Assembly (NCBI GenBank): GCA_039679675.1
Contig: JBDKUN010000065.1
Span: 32,001 to 96,000 of the forward strand
DNA length: 64,000 bases
Direction: 5' to 3'
From: Armatimonadota bacterium
GTDB lineage: Bacteria > Armatimonadota > UBA5829 > DTLH01
This document shows positions 29,503 through 39,322 of the stretch, in pieces (the stretch's first letter is position 1; each line of letters starts with the position of its first letter). Both the position numbers and the translations under genes were made by a program. The notes beneath the pieces are model-generated. The model did not search any database and was not told the origin of the DNA. It was given only the letters and a program-made list of their open reading frames with translations.

Positions 29503-30206
29503 GCCTGCTGTTCCTTTAGTTCGCTTAGTTTCCGGTACATGGCAGCCGGGTCGTCGGCACGAAGGATGGCAGTCCCCACCAAGACAGCATGCGCGCCCGC
29601 CGCTGCCGCCCGCCGGACATCACAGGGAGAGCTTATGGAGCTTTCGCTCACTATCAGCGCTTCCGGCCATGCCAGAGCAGCGAGATTTTCTGTCCTGGAG
29701 ACATTTCCGCCGTCTTTTTCCAGTTCGAGTATGTTGCGGTTGTTGATCCCTAGAAAAGTGGGCTTCAGTTCGTTAGCGATCCTTATTTCCGCCTCATTAT
29801 GTGTCTCGACCAGCGGTTCCAGGCCCAGCGATAACGCTTTCTCGAACAGTTTGAACAATACGCTTTTCTCCATCATTGCCGCAATCAGCAGCACGGCAGC
29901 AGCGCCCATATCCACGCTCTCCTGCACCTGCTCCACGGTCGTAATGAAGTCTTTGCGCAGCACAGGGACCGTCACCGCATGCGAAATGCGGCTGAACAGC
30001 TCCGGCGAACCCCCGAAATGCTCCGCTTCCGTCACCACCGAAAGTGCAGGCGCGCCTGCCGCCACAAGCTCCACAGCAAACGCGACAGGATCTCTGCCGG
30101 AGAGCAAATCCCCCTCTCCGGGCGATTTGCTCTTGATATCAGGGATAACCGGCGTTTTTTCCACCCTCAGTTTTTGCCGCAGTGCCGTTGTGTAACTGCC
30201 TGCCAT
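29499..30206 (-). CDS. trpC: Indole-3-glycerol phosphate synthase
   Basis: KSKSP, LSVVTE..HFGGS, LRKDFI, GINNRN, SES; conserved Glu of IAExK appears as IPDIK. Confidence 0.88.
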   Translation of the reverse strand: MAGSYTTALRQKLRVEKTPVIPDIKSKSPGEGDLLSGRDPVAFAVELVAAGAPALSVVTEAEHFGGSPELFSRISHAVTVPVLRKDFITTVEQVQESVDMGAAAVLLIAAMMEKSVLFKLFEKALSLGLEPLVETHNEAEIRIANELKPTFLGINNRNILELEKDGGNVSRTENLAALAWPEALIVSESSISSPCDVRRAAAAGAHAVLVGTAILRADDPAAMYRKLSELKEQQA

Positions 30207-30207
30207 G

Positions 30208-31239
30208 TCAGTTCACCGAAGCGTAGTCTTGAGAAGCGGTGATAAGCTCTTCCAGCTTGCGCTGTGCCAGTCCGCTGTCGATTATCTCGCCTGCGCAACC
30301 GATTCCTTCTTTAAAGGAAGCTGCCTTATCACCGATCATCAGTGCCCCAGCGGCATTTAGGATGACGGCCTGGCGGCGCGGGCCTTTATCTTTGCCGGAG
30401 AAAACATTTCTTATCATCTCAGCATTTTCCTGCGGAGTTCCCGTGGCAATCTCTTCCAGTGAGCAGCGAGTCAAGCCGAAATCTTCCGGGCTGATCTCAT
30501 AAGTAGATATCTCACCATTTTTGAGCTCGTTGACTCTTGTTTTGCCCAGAAGCGAGATCTCATCCATCCCGTCCAACCCATGCACGAAAAGCGCTCTGTC
30601 GTACCCTATCGACGAGGCAACACGTGAGACCGTGTCCAGAATCTCCGGCTTATAAACGCCCATAACATGCCTGCTTGCTTTGGTAGGGTTGATAAGCGGG
30701 CCTATGATCGTATAGAAAATCGTTTTTATCCCCAGGTCTTTCTCCGGAGGAAGCACCTTGCACATGACAGGATGAAACAGCGGAGCATAAAGAAAAGCTA
30801 TGCCGATGTCTTCGATCATCTTTTCGACCGATTCCGGTGTCTGGTTGATCTCGACATTCAGCGCTTCCAGCACGTCAGCGCTGCCGGACAGGCTGGCAAT
30901 GGAGCGGCTGCCGTGTTTGGCCACGGGAATCCCAGCTGCTGCTGCCACAAAAGCTACCGCGGTCGAAATGTTGAATGTGCTTAAGCCGCCTCCGGTGCCG
31001 CATGTGTCCATAAGCTCTCCATCGACCTTCGGGTCGATCTTGATGCAGTTGTCCCGCATAGCCTTGGCTATGGCTGTAATCTCCGTCAGCGTCGGACCCT
31101 TCATCAAAAGAGCCACCTGAAACCCCGCGATCTGCACATCGCTCAACTCGTCGTTCTTAATAGCCACGATCAGCTTATAAATATCCTCCGCAGTCAGATC
31201 CTGCTTAGTTGTAAGTTTACGTAAAACACCTTTAACCAT
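30208..31239 (-). CDS. trpD: Anthranilate phosphoribosyltransferase
   Basis: DTCGTGG, NIST, AKHG, SGSADVLE, GPLINP, GLDGMDE. Confidence 0.95.
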   Translation of the reverse strand: MVKGVLRKLTTKQDLTAEDIYKLIVAIKNDELSDVQIAGFQVALLMKGPTLTEITAIAKAMRDNCIKIDPKVDGELMDTCGTGGGLSTFNISTAVAFVAAAAGIPVAKHGSRSIASLSGSADVLEALNVEINQTPESVEKMIEDIGIAFLYAPLFHPVMCKVLPPEKDLGIKTIFYTIIGPLINPTKASRHVMGVYKPEILDTVSRVASSIGYDRALFVHGLDGMDEISLLGKTRVNELKNGEISTYEISPEDFGLTRCSLEEIATGTPQENAEMIRNVFSGKDKGPRRQAVILNAAGALMIGDKAASFKEGIGCAGEIIDSGLAQRKLEELITASQDYASVN

Positions 31240-31240
31240 C

Positions 31241-32032
31241 TTAACCCTTCCTCACTTCCTCTGATACAATAGCGTCCTTCATAGCACGCACATATTCCGA
31301 GACATGCGGCACGCACTGCGCCCCATATCGCCCCACTATTTCCACAATTGCACTACCGACGATCACTCCATCAGCAAACCCGGCCATTTCCGCGGCCTGT
31401 CCGGGTGTAGAAATGCCGAAACCGACAGCGCAGGGAATCTCCTTGACACCCTTTACGATCTTAATCATCTCCTCCACGCCGCTCCCGATGTCGCTCCGTA
31501 CGCCGGTCACGCCCAGGGATGAGACACAATAGATAAAACCTTGAGCCTCTTTTGCGATCATACATATGCGCTCTCTTGACGTCGGCGCAACCATCGAGAT
31601 AAGAGTGACCCCGTGTTGCGCGCAGAAAGGCTGCAGCTCTTCTTTTTCTTCAAAAGGCACATCCGGCACGATTACAGCGTCGATCCCGGTCTCAAGGCAC
31701 CGTTTCATGAACCTGTCCACACCGTATGTAAAGATAGGGTTGGCATAGGACATAAAGGCCAGCGGAACACTGCAGTTTTTTCTGATACGGCCCGTCATTT
31801 CGAAGATATTGTCCGTCGTCGTCCCGCCGGAGAGCGCCCGGTTGTCCGCTTCCTGGATGACAGGTCCCTCCGCCACCGGGTCGGAAAACGGAATGCCCAG
31901 CTCGATCAGGTCTGCTCCTGCGTCAGCCATCGCATATACCAATTCCTCAGTCACTTCAAGCGACGGATCGCCCGCCGTGATAAACGGTATGAAGGCCTTG
32001 CCCCCGGAAAATGCCCTGTTCAGCTTATTCAT
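31241..32032 (-). CDS. trpA: Tryptophan synthase alpha
   Basis: [41 protein letters not shown]. Confidence 0.97.
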   Translation of the reverse strand: MNKLNRAFSGGKAFIPFITAGDPSLEVTEELVYAMADAGADLIELGIPFSDPVAEGPVIQEADNRALSGGTTTDNIFEMTGRIRKNCSVPLAFMSYANPIFTYGVDRFMKRCLETGIDAVIVPDVPFEEKEELQPFCAQHGVTLISMVAPTSRERICMIAKEAQGFIYCVSSLGVTGVRSDIGSGVEEMIKIVKGVKEIPCAVGFGISTPGQAAEMAGFADGVIVGSAIVEIVGRYGAQCVPHVSEYVRAMKDAIVSEEVRKG

Positions 32033-33209
32033 AGATATTCACCCCCCGATAGCGTGCGATTGCGGCCACATCCTTGTCTCCCCTGCCGGACAGGCAGATC
32101 ACCATAGTCGAGTTTTTGTCCATTTGCGGTGCGATTTTCCTGGCATAGGCCACTGCATGAGCGCTCTCTATCGCCGGGATAATCCCTTCCATGCGTGAAA
32201 GATATTCGAAGGCATCTACGGCTTCAGCATCCGTAACAGGCACGTACTCAGCCCTGCCGGAGTCGAAAAGCGCGGCATGTTCGGGCCCGACACCGGGATA
32301 ATCCAGCCCGGCAGAAATGGAATAGACCGGTGCTATCTGTCCGTACTCGTCCTGACAGAAATAAGACTTCATGCCATGGAAAATCCCGATACTGCCGTTC
32401 GCGATAGTGGCGGCATTCTTGTCTGTATCGACTCCGAGCCCTGCTGCCTCACAGCCTATGAGTTTCACATCAGGTTCTTTGATAAATTCATAGAACAGCC
32501 CCATGGCATTGCTTCCTCCGCCGACGCAGGCCAGCAGCACGTCCGGCAAATGCCCTTCTCTTTCCAGCATCTCCTTCTTTACTTCGCGTCCGATGACGCT
32601 CTGAAAGTCCCTAACGATCATCGGAAACGGGTGCGGTCCCATGACCGAGCCGAGAACATAGTGGGTATCGTGAATCCTCCGGCACCATTCGCGCATGGTC
32701 TCATTAACCGCATCCTTCAGCGTCTGCGTGCCGCTTGTGACGGCATGCACCTTCGCGCCGAGGATTTCCATGCGGTAAACATTGAGCGCCTGCCGCTCGG
32801 TATCCTCTTTACCCATGAATATCTCGCATTCCAGCCCCAGGAGCGTAGCCGCGGTAGCTGTGGCCACACCGTGCTGCCCTGCCCCGGTTTCGGCGATCAC
32901 ACGGGTCTTGCCCATACGCTTGGCCAGAAGCACCTGCCCCAACACGTTATTGATCTTATGGGAACCTGTATGGTTGAGGTCCTCCCGCTTCAGGTAAATT
33001 TTTGCGCCGCCCAGGTCTTTGGTCATCTTCTCTGCATAATAGAGCAGCGATGGCCGCCCGGCGTAATCTTTAAGCAGCGCGGCCAGTTCCGATGTGAACT
33101 GCGGCTCATCTTTTAACCGGTTATACGCATCCTCCAGCTCAAGGACGGCATTCATAAGCGTTTCCGGGATGTACTGCCCTCCGTGGATGCCGTATCTGCC
33201 TTTGGTCAT
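32025..33209 (-). CDS. trpB: Tryptophan synthase beta
   Basis: [47 protein letters not shown]. Confidence 0.98.
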   Translation of the reverse strand: MTKGRYGIHGGQYIPETLMNAVLELEDAYNRLKDEPQFTSELAALLKDYAGRPSLLYYAEKMTKDLGGAKIYLKREDLNHTGSHKINNVLGQVLLAKRMGKTRVIAETGAGQHGVATATAATLLGLECEIFMGKEDTERQALNVYRMEILGAKVHAVTSGTQTLKDAVNETMREWCRRIHDTHYVLGSVMGPHPFPMIVRDFQSVIGREVKKEMLEREGHLPDVLLACVGGGSNAMGLFYEFIKEPDVKLIGCEAAGLGVDTDKNAATIANGSIGIFHGMKSYFCQDEYGQIAPVYSISAGLDYPGVGPEHAALFDSGRAEYVPVTDAEAVDAFEYLSRMEGIIPAIESAHAVAYARKIAPQMDKNSTMVICLSGRGDKDVAAIARYRGVNIYE

Positions 33210-33303
33210 ATTTCATCCTCCTCTGATACTGCTTTTAGAACCTATTCCTCGCACTACTACGATTCTTATTCCTTCTGCCTTCCCAATTTGGCCCCTGTAA
33301 TGC

Positions 33304-33337
33304 AAAAAAGCCGGGGACTAAGATGGGTGTCCCCGGC
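33304..33337 (-). terminator. Second terminator in trp leader
   Basis: Minus strand gccggggac-loop-gtccccggc followed by T6. Confidence 0.75.
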
Positions 33338-33358
33338 CTAAAATCAGCCTATATACAC

Positions 33359-33396
33359 AAAAAAGCCGCGAACCCCGCCTTGGAGCGGGCCGCGAC
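33359..33396 (-). terminator. trp attenuator terminator
   Basis: Minus strand gtcgcggcccgc..gcggggttcgcggc followed by T6; 5' arm complementary to ggagc just after the leader stop. Confidence 0.8.
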
Positions 33397-33445
33397 TTAA
33401 ATATTTTAGTTCTTACTTATCCGATAGCAAGCGCGCCGGCTCCAC

Positions 33446-33508
33446 CTAATTGGAGTAGCGCCACCACCACATATTATTGCAATTGTCTATCAGATAATAA
33501 GTATCCAT
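33446..33508 (-). CDS. trpL: trp leader peptide MDTYYLIDNCNNMWWWRYSN
   Basis: Three consecutive TGG codons in a 20-aa ORF upstream of trpB, followed by attenuator hairpins. Confidence 0.9.
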   Translation of the reverse strand: MDTYYLIDNCNNMWWWRYSN

Positions 33509-33516
33509 TTGATTGT

Positions 33517-33545
33517 ATTATAGCCAGTTACCACCGAGATTTCAA
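33517..33545 (-). promoter_or_regulatory. Sigma70 promoter of trp operon
   Basis: TTGAAA-17 bp-TATAAT, 8 nt before the leader ATG. Confidence 0.8.
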
Positions 33546-33745
33546 TGATAAATAGCAAAAATTATAGAAATTTTTCGTTGCCACAGCTATACATTAGTCT
33601 TACTGCAAAACATATGCCAAACAGCCTTCGATGGACCGAGGGATCCTGCCTCGGTCCTGATTCTCCAGGGCATCCATGCCCACTGCTATTTGTATCCTTC
33701 TGCGCGAGCTTTTTGCACCAAAGCATTTCAAATGTGTTTGAGCTG

Positions 33746-34141
33746 CTATGCCCATCGCTTTCTAACATAATTGCCTGCTTTGAAAGATATATACCAGGTT
33801 CCCAGAAAGAGAAGAAAGCCTAAACCATATACCAACAAAAAATATGATGTACTCCAGTGCTTTCCTGCATCAGCTAACCATGCAAGCAGAAATACAAATA
33901 CAATTAGGAATATAATCCGCTCTTTTTTATTACTTGGAAGAAGTGATCTCAGCCAAGATGGATCTTCGGAAAAAATACCATCAACAAACGGCCAAGTCCA
34001 TGCTAGCGGGACAAATAGGCATGTCAGCAGAATATTATATTGGCTATACCGATGGCACAGCATAAAATACCAAGGCGCAACTACAAGACTAAGTATGATT
34101 TGCAATACACGTATTAGCTTATATAAGGTAATATCTTTCAA
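33746..34141 (-). CDS. Small AT-rich 4-TM membrane protein
   Basis: 131-aa hydrophobic ORF, purine-rich RBS before TTG. Confidence 0.6.
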   Translation of the reverse strand: MKDITLYKLIRVLQIILSLVVAPWYFMLCHRYSQYNILLTCLFVPLAWTWPFVDGIFSEDPSWLRSLLPSNKKERIIFLIVFVFLLAWLADAGKHWSTSYFLLVYGLGFLLFLGTWYISFKAGNYVRKRWA

Positions 34142-34354
34142 TGCGCCTCTTCCTGCTCTTTCAGAACAAATACCTCTTTGCGGTCAATATTGCGTATCCG
34201 ATAGGTTAGCTTCGGCGCAAAATACGCGCGCCGAAGGATACAACATATGCCAAACAGCCAGAGTTGCAGCTACTTCGACGCTAATTGCATGCTTCGGGCA
34301 CGGTTTTTGCCGAAGTAGCTCAAGCAGCGAGCGTTGAAGCAAACAAAGAACCAC

Positions 34355-34833
34355 TTACAAGTTATTATTCAATTCTCGCAAAGCCCACTCAGCTTCTCTA
34401 CGAACGTAACCTTGTGGATCTTTCAAATAAACCTCAATAAGCTGTGCTGCTGACGGCATGCCTGATGCTGCAAGCGATTTGCATATTCCAACCTTACGAT
34501 AAGGGGAAGCATCATTTGCTAAATTCCTATGCGCTGATTCTGTTGCTTCCAGTGCTGCACGAGGCATACGCCCTAAAGCTAATAATGCTGCTCTTGCTAA
34601 AAAAGAGCTCGCCCCATAGGCCCAAGGTCATCAATTTGGGTAAATTCAACTAACCATGGAGCTTTGTCTGCATTGCAATCAATCCCGGCCTGTTCTATCT
34701 GGTTGAACAACACCCAAAATTCGGGATCATTCGTAATATCCCACCCTGCTTCCTCAATATTGGGAACCTCAGCCAAGCCTTCGACTGCTTTCCGAATCCG
34801 CTCAATACCAGAGATAAAACCATCTGTGGCCAT
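34355..34833 (-). pseudogene. HEAT-repeat-like protein split by a frameshift in a T6 run
   Basis: One extra T at 34599-34604 joins 34597..34833 to 34355..34567 (GRALFLARAALLALGRMP...YLKDPQGYVRREAEWAL); AGGAG RBS. Confidence 0.6.
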
Positions 34834-34884
34834 ATGTATATATTCTCCTGGCGGTAAATGCTATACTTTTTTGTATCCTTCGGC

Positions 34885-35295
34885 TCACTCTTCAATGCTT
34901 CCTCCTGCAGCAGAACCGTTTGCGCTTCTTCTTGATCTGCAGACCACAAGGCGGAGAATCGCCTGGAATATCAGTCCTGAGAATAACACCAGCGATACCG
35001 GCAGAAACCAACTTACGAAAATCCCCTCCACTGCAAGTGCCATGGGGACTGCATACAATGCACCTCGGACAACATGATCTGTATGCCAACTACTGCTTGT
35101 GCTATGATAAGAGATCAATCTTTCAATGCCTCCACCTGCAGAGAAACTGCCAAGTAAACTTCCGGCAATCCACGGAGTCAGGCTTGGAGCACTACTGATT
35201 GCCTTGTAACCTATTAGCAATCCGAAAATCTCAAAGCCGATGTAGCTCGCGAAGACAATGAAGCCACCTAGACGAAGAATGATGTATCTGTTCAT
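34885..35295 (-). CDS. Small 4-TM membrane protein
   Basis: 136-aa hydrophobic ORF, GAGG RBS. Confidence 0.6.
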   Translation of the reverse strand: MNRYIILRLGGFIVFASYIGFEIFGLLIGYKAISSAPSLTPWIAGSLLGSFSAGGGIERLISYHSTSSSWHTDHVVRGALYAVPMALAVEGIFVSWFLPVSLVLFSGLIFQAILRLVVCRSRRSANGSAAGGSIEE

Positions 35296-35537
35296 TTACA
35301 GAAATCCTCACTCGTTGCATATTCGTATTGTGCAGCTAACGTGCCTGTTAGTATCCCAATAACAAACCCTACCGCTGCACGAAGAGTCATCTGACCCGCC
35401 AGTCGGCTGATGGCAACTCTTTTGTATTCTTCAGCACGAGTTTTTTGTGCCAAAGCCTCATGATCGACATCCACGGCCTCATCTACTAGCTGAAAAGGCC
35501 GAGTTGAAGATTCAACACATGCGCCACAATCAGTCTG

Positions 35538-35840
35538 TCAGCGCAACCACAGCACAATCGTAACAAATAACTTGCCAATCAACTGCAGAGTGCACACAAT
35601 GATTAATAGTAACCTCATTTTATATAGCACACGTTTCATACCGCTATGTACGTCAATCTTATTACAAGGAGGCTTGATGAATACCATCATCAAAATCACT
35701 ATGGCATCTGCCACGCCTGTTAACCTAACCGGATTTGCGGATATACCAAGGAAATGCATATATGTACTAGTTACAAAGGACTCCACCGCTGCGATTAATA
35801 CAGATAAAGCACTAGCATTTTCATTAATTCTTGTCTGCAT
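35538..35840 (-). CDS. Small 3-TM membrane protein
   Basis: AAGGAG RBS before ATG 35840; hydrophobic. Confidence 0.55.
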   Translation of the reverse strand: MQTRINENASALSVLIAAVESFVTSTYMHFLGISANPVRLTGVADAIVILMMVFIKPPCNKIDVHSGMKRVLYKMRLLLIIVCTLQLIGKLFVTIVLWLR

Positions 35841-36114
35841 TGGTTGATTCTCCTTAGTGAGCTTTTTTACGGCTCTCCGCCGACACATTGATTATCTTAT
35901 AGCAACCAACCATCAAGATGTCAAGTAATGGTGGCATTTTTGGCATTTCAATGGCATAAACAGCAAAATACTTACCATTTTCCGAATGCAAAAAGTGTTG
36001 ACAGCATTACTGCAGCGGGAGTATAAAAGCTCATACTTTGTGTTCGTCCGGCTGAAAGATATTGCCGTTTCAGCCGAAAATCAGTAAGTAACGCATAAGT
36101 ATGGGAGAAGGTTT

Positions 36115-38400
36115 ATGTCAGGGATGCGGATGCCGGCCTGGTGGCTGCGCGTAATTGTTTCAGGAATTATTCTTTTAGGCGGACTGAACGTTGTATGGGC
36201 GGAAGAAGGGGAACAACATGACTTTGTTGAGTCGCCAGTGCCGCTCGGATACCCGGATGAACAGATTATCTTGCCCTTGAAAGGCAAGATCACCTATACG
36301 ATAAAGGTCAGCGGACAGACCGTTAGGGACGGCGGCGATGCGACCGTAACCACCGTTGCCAATATGCAGGCTACCACCACATTTGCAGGTGGAAAGACCT
36401 CAGTCGAGCGAAAGAGTTCATACAACGGCACTTTGACTTTTACTGCCGTGTACCATGAGACCGGCGAGAAATCTACAGGTGTTGAGACCATCAGCTTTAA
36501 CGATACTACCTCTTTGCCCATAAGCGAGGATGACCTGCAGGGTATTGTCGGGCGGGTAGCTGTCAGCAAGAAGCTCGGACGGGCCTGCTTCCAGCTAATG
36601 GAAAACAATTGGTCAGTGACAGATGATGATGCACCCACAGTCGTTCACGGCGCTGCCGGCAGCGCGACAACTCACGCCGGTTCATCCATTACTGTTCGTA
36701 TTCCCTATTATGCCGCGAGTCCAGGAACGGCATTTGCCAACTTTGCCAACAAGGCTGAAGCAACCGGAATCGGAGTGAACAATACACCCTTTGCTTTTAC
36801 CGAGGGAGGCGTCTTTGAAGTGCCGTGGAGTAACGGCGGCAGCAAGGGCAGCATGTCTGTACCGGTAGTGGCTGTGGTAGGTCCCGGATGTGTAATGGCA
36901 GACTCAATGCAATCGTTCAAGGCCCAGTGGGGAGATGCCTTAAAAGAAATACCTCTAATGCAGGGAACGCTTACAGTCGATTGGTCAGTCGGCGATGTGC
37001 CGGTGGAGCCAAAGATGATCATCTACCCGGTAGAGAAAGCCGTGTATCAGAAGTGGGTGCCGGTGCCGCGAATGCAGGACAACCCCAGCAACATCTATGG
37101 CTTGCCTCATCCGCTCTTGATCATGGCGGAGCTCAAGCCGCAGGAGAAGGGAAAACCTGCCCCGAAAGGACGCATCGACTTTTATCTTACTGGCGTGAGC
37201 GAGAACAAGGGCCGGTGCTGCAACTATCCGTTCGATGTGAGCAAGAAGACCGACCTGTGTTTTGCTGATGATCAGGGAGAAGGGATCGTCATCGACCCTA
37301 ATGACCCAAAACACGCCTACACGAGCGAGCGCGTCTCTCAGGCGGTGGTGATAGTCGAGTCCAAAGACTGCGGTGCTTACGGCAAGTTGAAGGCAGTCTG
37401 CGATGAGCTCAACCAGACTGCACAGGAAGAAACCTCAGGAAAGCAATTCCTGGCTATACCTCGTGATGAGAACGAAAACCATGTCTCCGATGCCTGGGAA
37501 GAAGAGAATGGCATACCTAATTATGATAAGGATTGGGACGAGGAAGAAGTTGCCGGACAGGATATAAAAGGCGATGGACTCTCCCTTTACCGGGAATACA
37601 GAGGCTTCGTAGTGCTGGATGGCAGCACACTGGCCTATAAGCGACTTTCACCCAAGGAAAAGGACCTGTTCGTTATCGACGAGAGCAACGTTTTTAACCA
37701 GCAACTCTGGAAACAGGCCTCTGGCATTACTGCTTACCGGCTCAATAACCAGCTTGTATTCAATCGAGGAGGACTCACCATAGACCGCATCGTCGATTAC
37801 AAGATGGGTGAGATCAAAGATTACCACAAATTTGCCGTGCGGCTGGTCGTCCCGCCGGGACTGGAAGACCCTGATAAACTAAGAAACGGTTACGGCACCT
37901 ATGGGTACTGCAGTAACGGCGACTGCCCGGAAGACGCCGATTATACGAAGATCTTCCCTGCGCGGCTGCGCCGCTACATCGGCCATATATACACATTCCT
38001 CGACCACGCGCTCAACCGGCCCGGTTCTGATGAGGACAAGCAACTGCAGGCATCCGGTATTCCTCACTCGCTGGCGATGAAAGCCTTCAAGCAAATGGGC
38101 GAAGATACGCGCGAGAAACTGGTGCAGCAGATGGTCACCGTCTGCGCCATACACGAGGTCGGCCATGCGTGCGGCTTGCCGGGGCATGAGGTAACGAACT
38201 CAGACGGCAGCAGCAGCGAAAGCTCAGAGGGCAACCCTATATGCCCGATGCGCTACCCGGATGAGTCGAATGAACTTGATCTAGGCATTCTGCAGGTGCT
38301 TTTCAAGATCGATGCGCCGCTTCCGCTGCAGTACGATCACTTCTGCACCGGCGGGCAGTATAATTGCCGGAAGAAGTTGAATGTGAAGGATAAATCATAG
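36115..38400 (+). CDS. Large exported protein with C-terminal zinc-metallopeptidase motif
   Basis: Signal peptide; DGLSLYREYRGF, KDLFV, HEVGHACGLPGH, CPMRY. Confidence 0.75.
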   Translation: MSGMRMPAWWLRVIVSGIILLGGLNVVWAEEGEQHDFVESPVPLGYPDEQIILPLKGKITYTIKVSGQTVRDGGDATVTTVANMQATTTFAGGKTSVERKSSYNGTLTFTAVYHETGEKSTGVETISFNDTTSLPISEDDLQGIVGRVAVSKKLGRACFQLMENNWSVTDDDAPTVVHGAAGSATTHAGSSITVRIPYYAASPGTAFANFANKAEATGIGVNNTPFAFTEGGVFEVPWSNGGSKGSMSVPVVAVVGPGCVMADSMQSFKAQWGDALKEIPLMQGTLTVDWSVGDVPVEPKMIIYPVEKAVYQKWVPVPRMQDNPSNIYGLPHPLLIMAELKPQEKGKPAPKGRIDFYLTGVSENKGRCCNYPFDVSKKTDLCFADDQGEGIVIDPNDPKHAYTSERVSQAVVIVESKDCGAYGKLKAVCDELNQTAQEETSGKQFLAIPRDENENHVSDAWEEENGIPNYDKDWDEEEVAGQDIKGDGLSLYREYRGFVVLDGSTLAYKRLSPKEKDLFVIDESNVFNQQLWKQASGITAYRLNNQLVFNRGGLTIDRIVDYKMGEIKDYHKFAVRLVVPPGLEDPDKLRNGYGTYGYCSNGDCPEDADYTKIFPARLRRYIGHIYTFLDHALNRPGSDEDKQLQASGIPHSLAMKAFKQMGEDTREKLVQQMVTVCAIHEVGHACGLPGHEVTNSDGSSSESSEGNPICPMRYPDESNELDLGILQVLFKIDAPLPLQYDHFCTGGQYNCRKKLNVKDKS

Positions 38401-38416
38401 TGCTATGAGATGCACC

Positions 38417-38449
38417 GAAAGCCCCGGAATACGAAAACCGGGGCTTTTC
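38417..38449. terminator. Terminator between convergent genes
   Basis: gaaagccccgg...ccggggcttttc. Confidence 0.75.
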
Positions 38450-38487
38450 TGCACTATATTCCCACAAAGCACCGATTGGAGCGCCTG

Positions 38488-39300
38488 TTATTTCACTTCC
38501 CGGTCACCTTCTACAAGGCCGAAGGCATACCACCAGTTCGTCACCGGTGATTTGCGGTAGATGACGTTCCTGACTCTGCCGCGATACTCGTAGCTCACGG
38601 TGCCGTCATTTCTCGAAAGCATCTCTCTAAACGCCCGTTTCAGCGACTCATTATTCTGCTTCATCGGTTCAAGAAAGATCAACTGCGGGTCCCAATCGAG
38701 CCCAACCAGAGGTTCAGAATTGAACGAGTAGAAGATCATCGTCTTATCGAGCGCCATTTCTTTTTCCAGCAGGCTACCGAGCTTGTCCAGGTAAACCGAG
38801 CTGCCGAGCATTCCTATGACTGCCCCATTTTTCATTACAGGCACAGCAACTATCGCGACAGCCTTGCCGGTAGATTTGCTGACAACCAGATCGCCGATAA
38901 CATCCTTTCCAGCGAGCAGCCGGGGAAAATAAGGCCGGTCCGAAAGATTCTCAGAGACATGTCCCTGCTCTACAGTCCAGTAAGCCCCATCCGGCAGCGA
39001 AAACCACATTGCCGCCGGGACACTCCTCTGCTCAACCCTCGCGAGCGGGCCTTTTATCTTGTTCCAGTCCAGAGTCCGGGCTTCTTCGGTACCGGCCAGT
39101 GTCTTGAGCGAATTTTCGATATCCTGCAGATGCCCGTCACTGATCGACATCAACGAAGCAAGCACGACTCTGCCGTCCACGCGTATCGAAACATTATTTG
39201 CCTGTGCAAACTTCGGCATGATGCATGCCAGAATCGATGCAACCACAGCCACCGCCGGGAAATACCTTGCGATCCTGCAGCTTGCTGTCCGGTTAGTCAT
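38488..39300 (-). CDS. Exported stand-alone Cache-domain protein
   Basis: Signal peptide; NLSDRPYF, VVSKSTGK..IVAVPV, G.V.YEY.G...YRKSPVTNWW; no downstream TM or output domain. Confidence 0.75.
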   Translation of the reverse strand: MTNRTASCRIARYFPAVAVVASILACIMPKFAQANNVSIRVDGRVVLASLMSISDGHLQDIENSLKTLAGTEEARTLDWNKIKGPLARVEQRSVPAAMWFSLPDGAYWTVEQGHVSENLSDRPYFPRLLAGKDVIGDLVVSKSTGKAVAIVAVPVMKNGAVIGMLGSSVYLDKLGSLLEKEMALDKTMIFYSFNSEPLVGLDWDPQLIFLEPMKQNNESLKRAFREMLSRNDGTVSYEYRGRVRNVIYRKSPVTNWWYAFGLVEGDREVK

Positions 39301-39322
39301 TTCAACCCTCCATTTTATTGAA

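Larger units (their letters stand above)
33609..35456. repeat. Interspersed imperfect-palindrome repeats between small genes
   Basis: About 35-nt motif ttgtatccttc.gcgcg....ttttg.gcc.aagc at 33690, 34209 (inverted), 34285, 34871 (partial), 35422; 18-mer aacatatgccaaacagcc at 33609 and 34242. Confidence 0.75.

Noticed and set aside
35292..35474. 60-aa ORF as a toxin tip or bacteriocin
   Set aside because: It spans a copy of the non-coding repeat that occurs elsewhere in both orientations, and has no clear RBS
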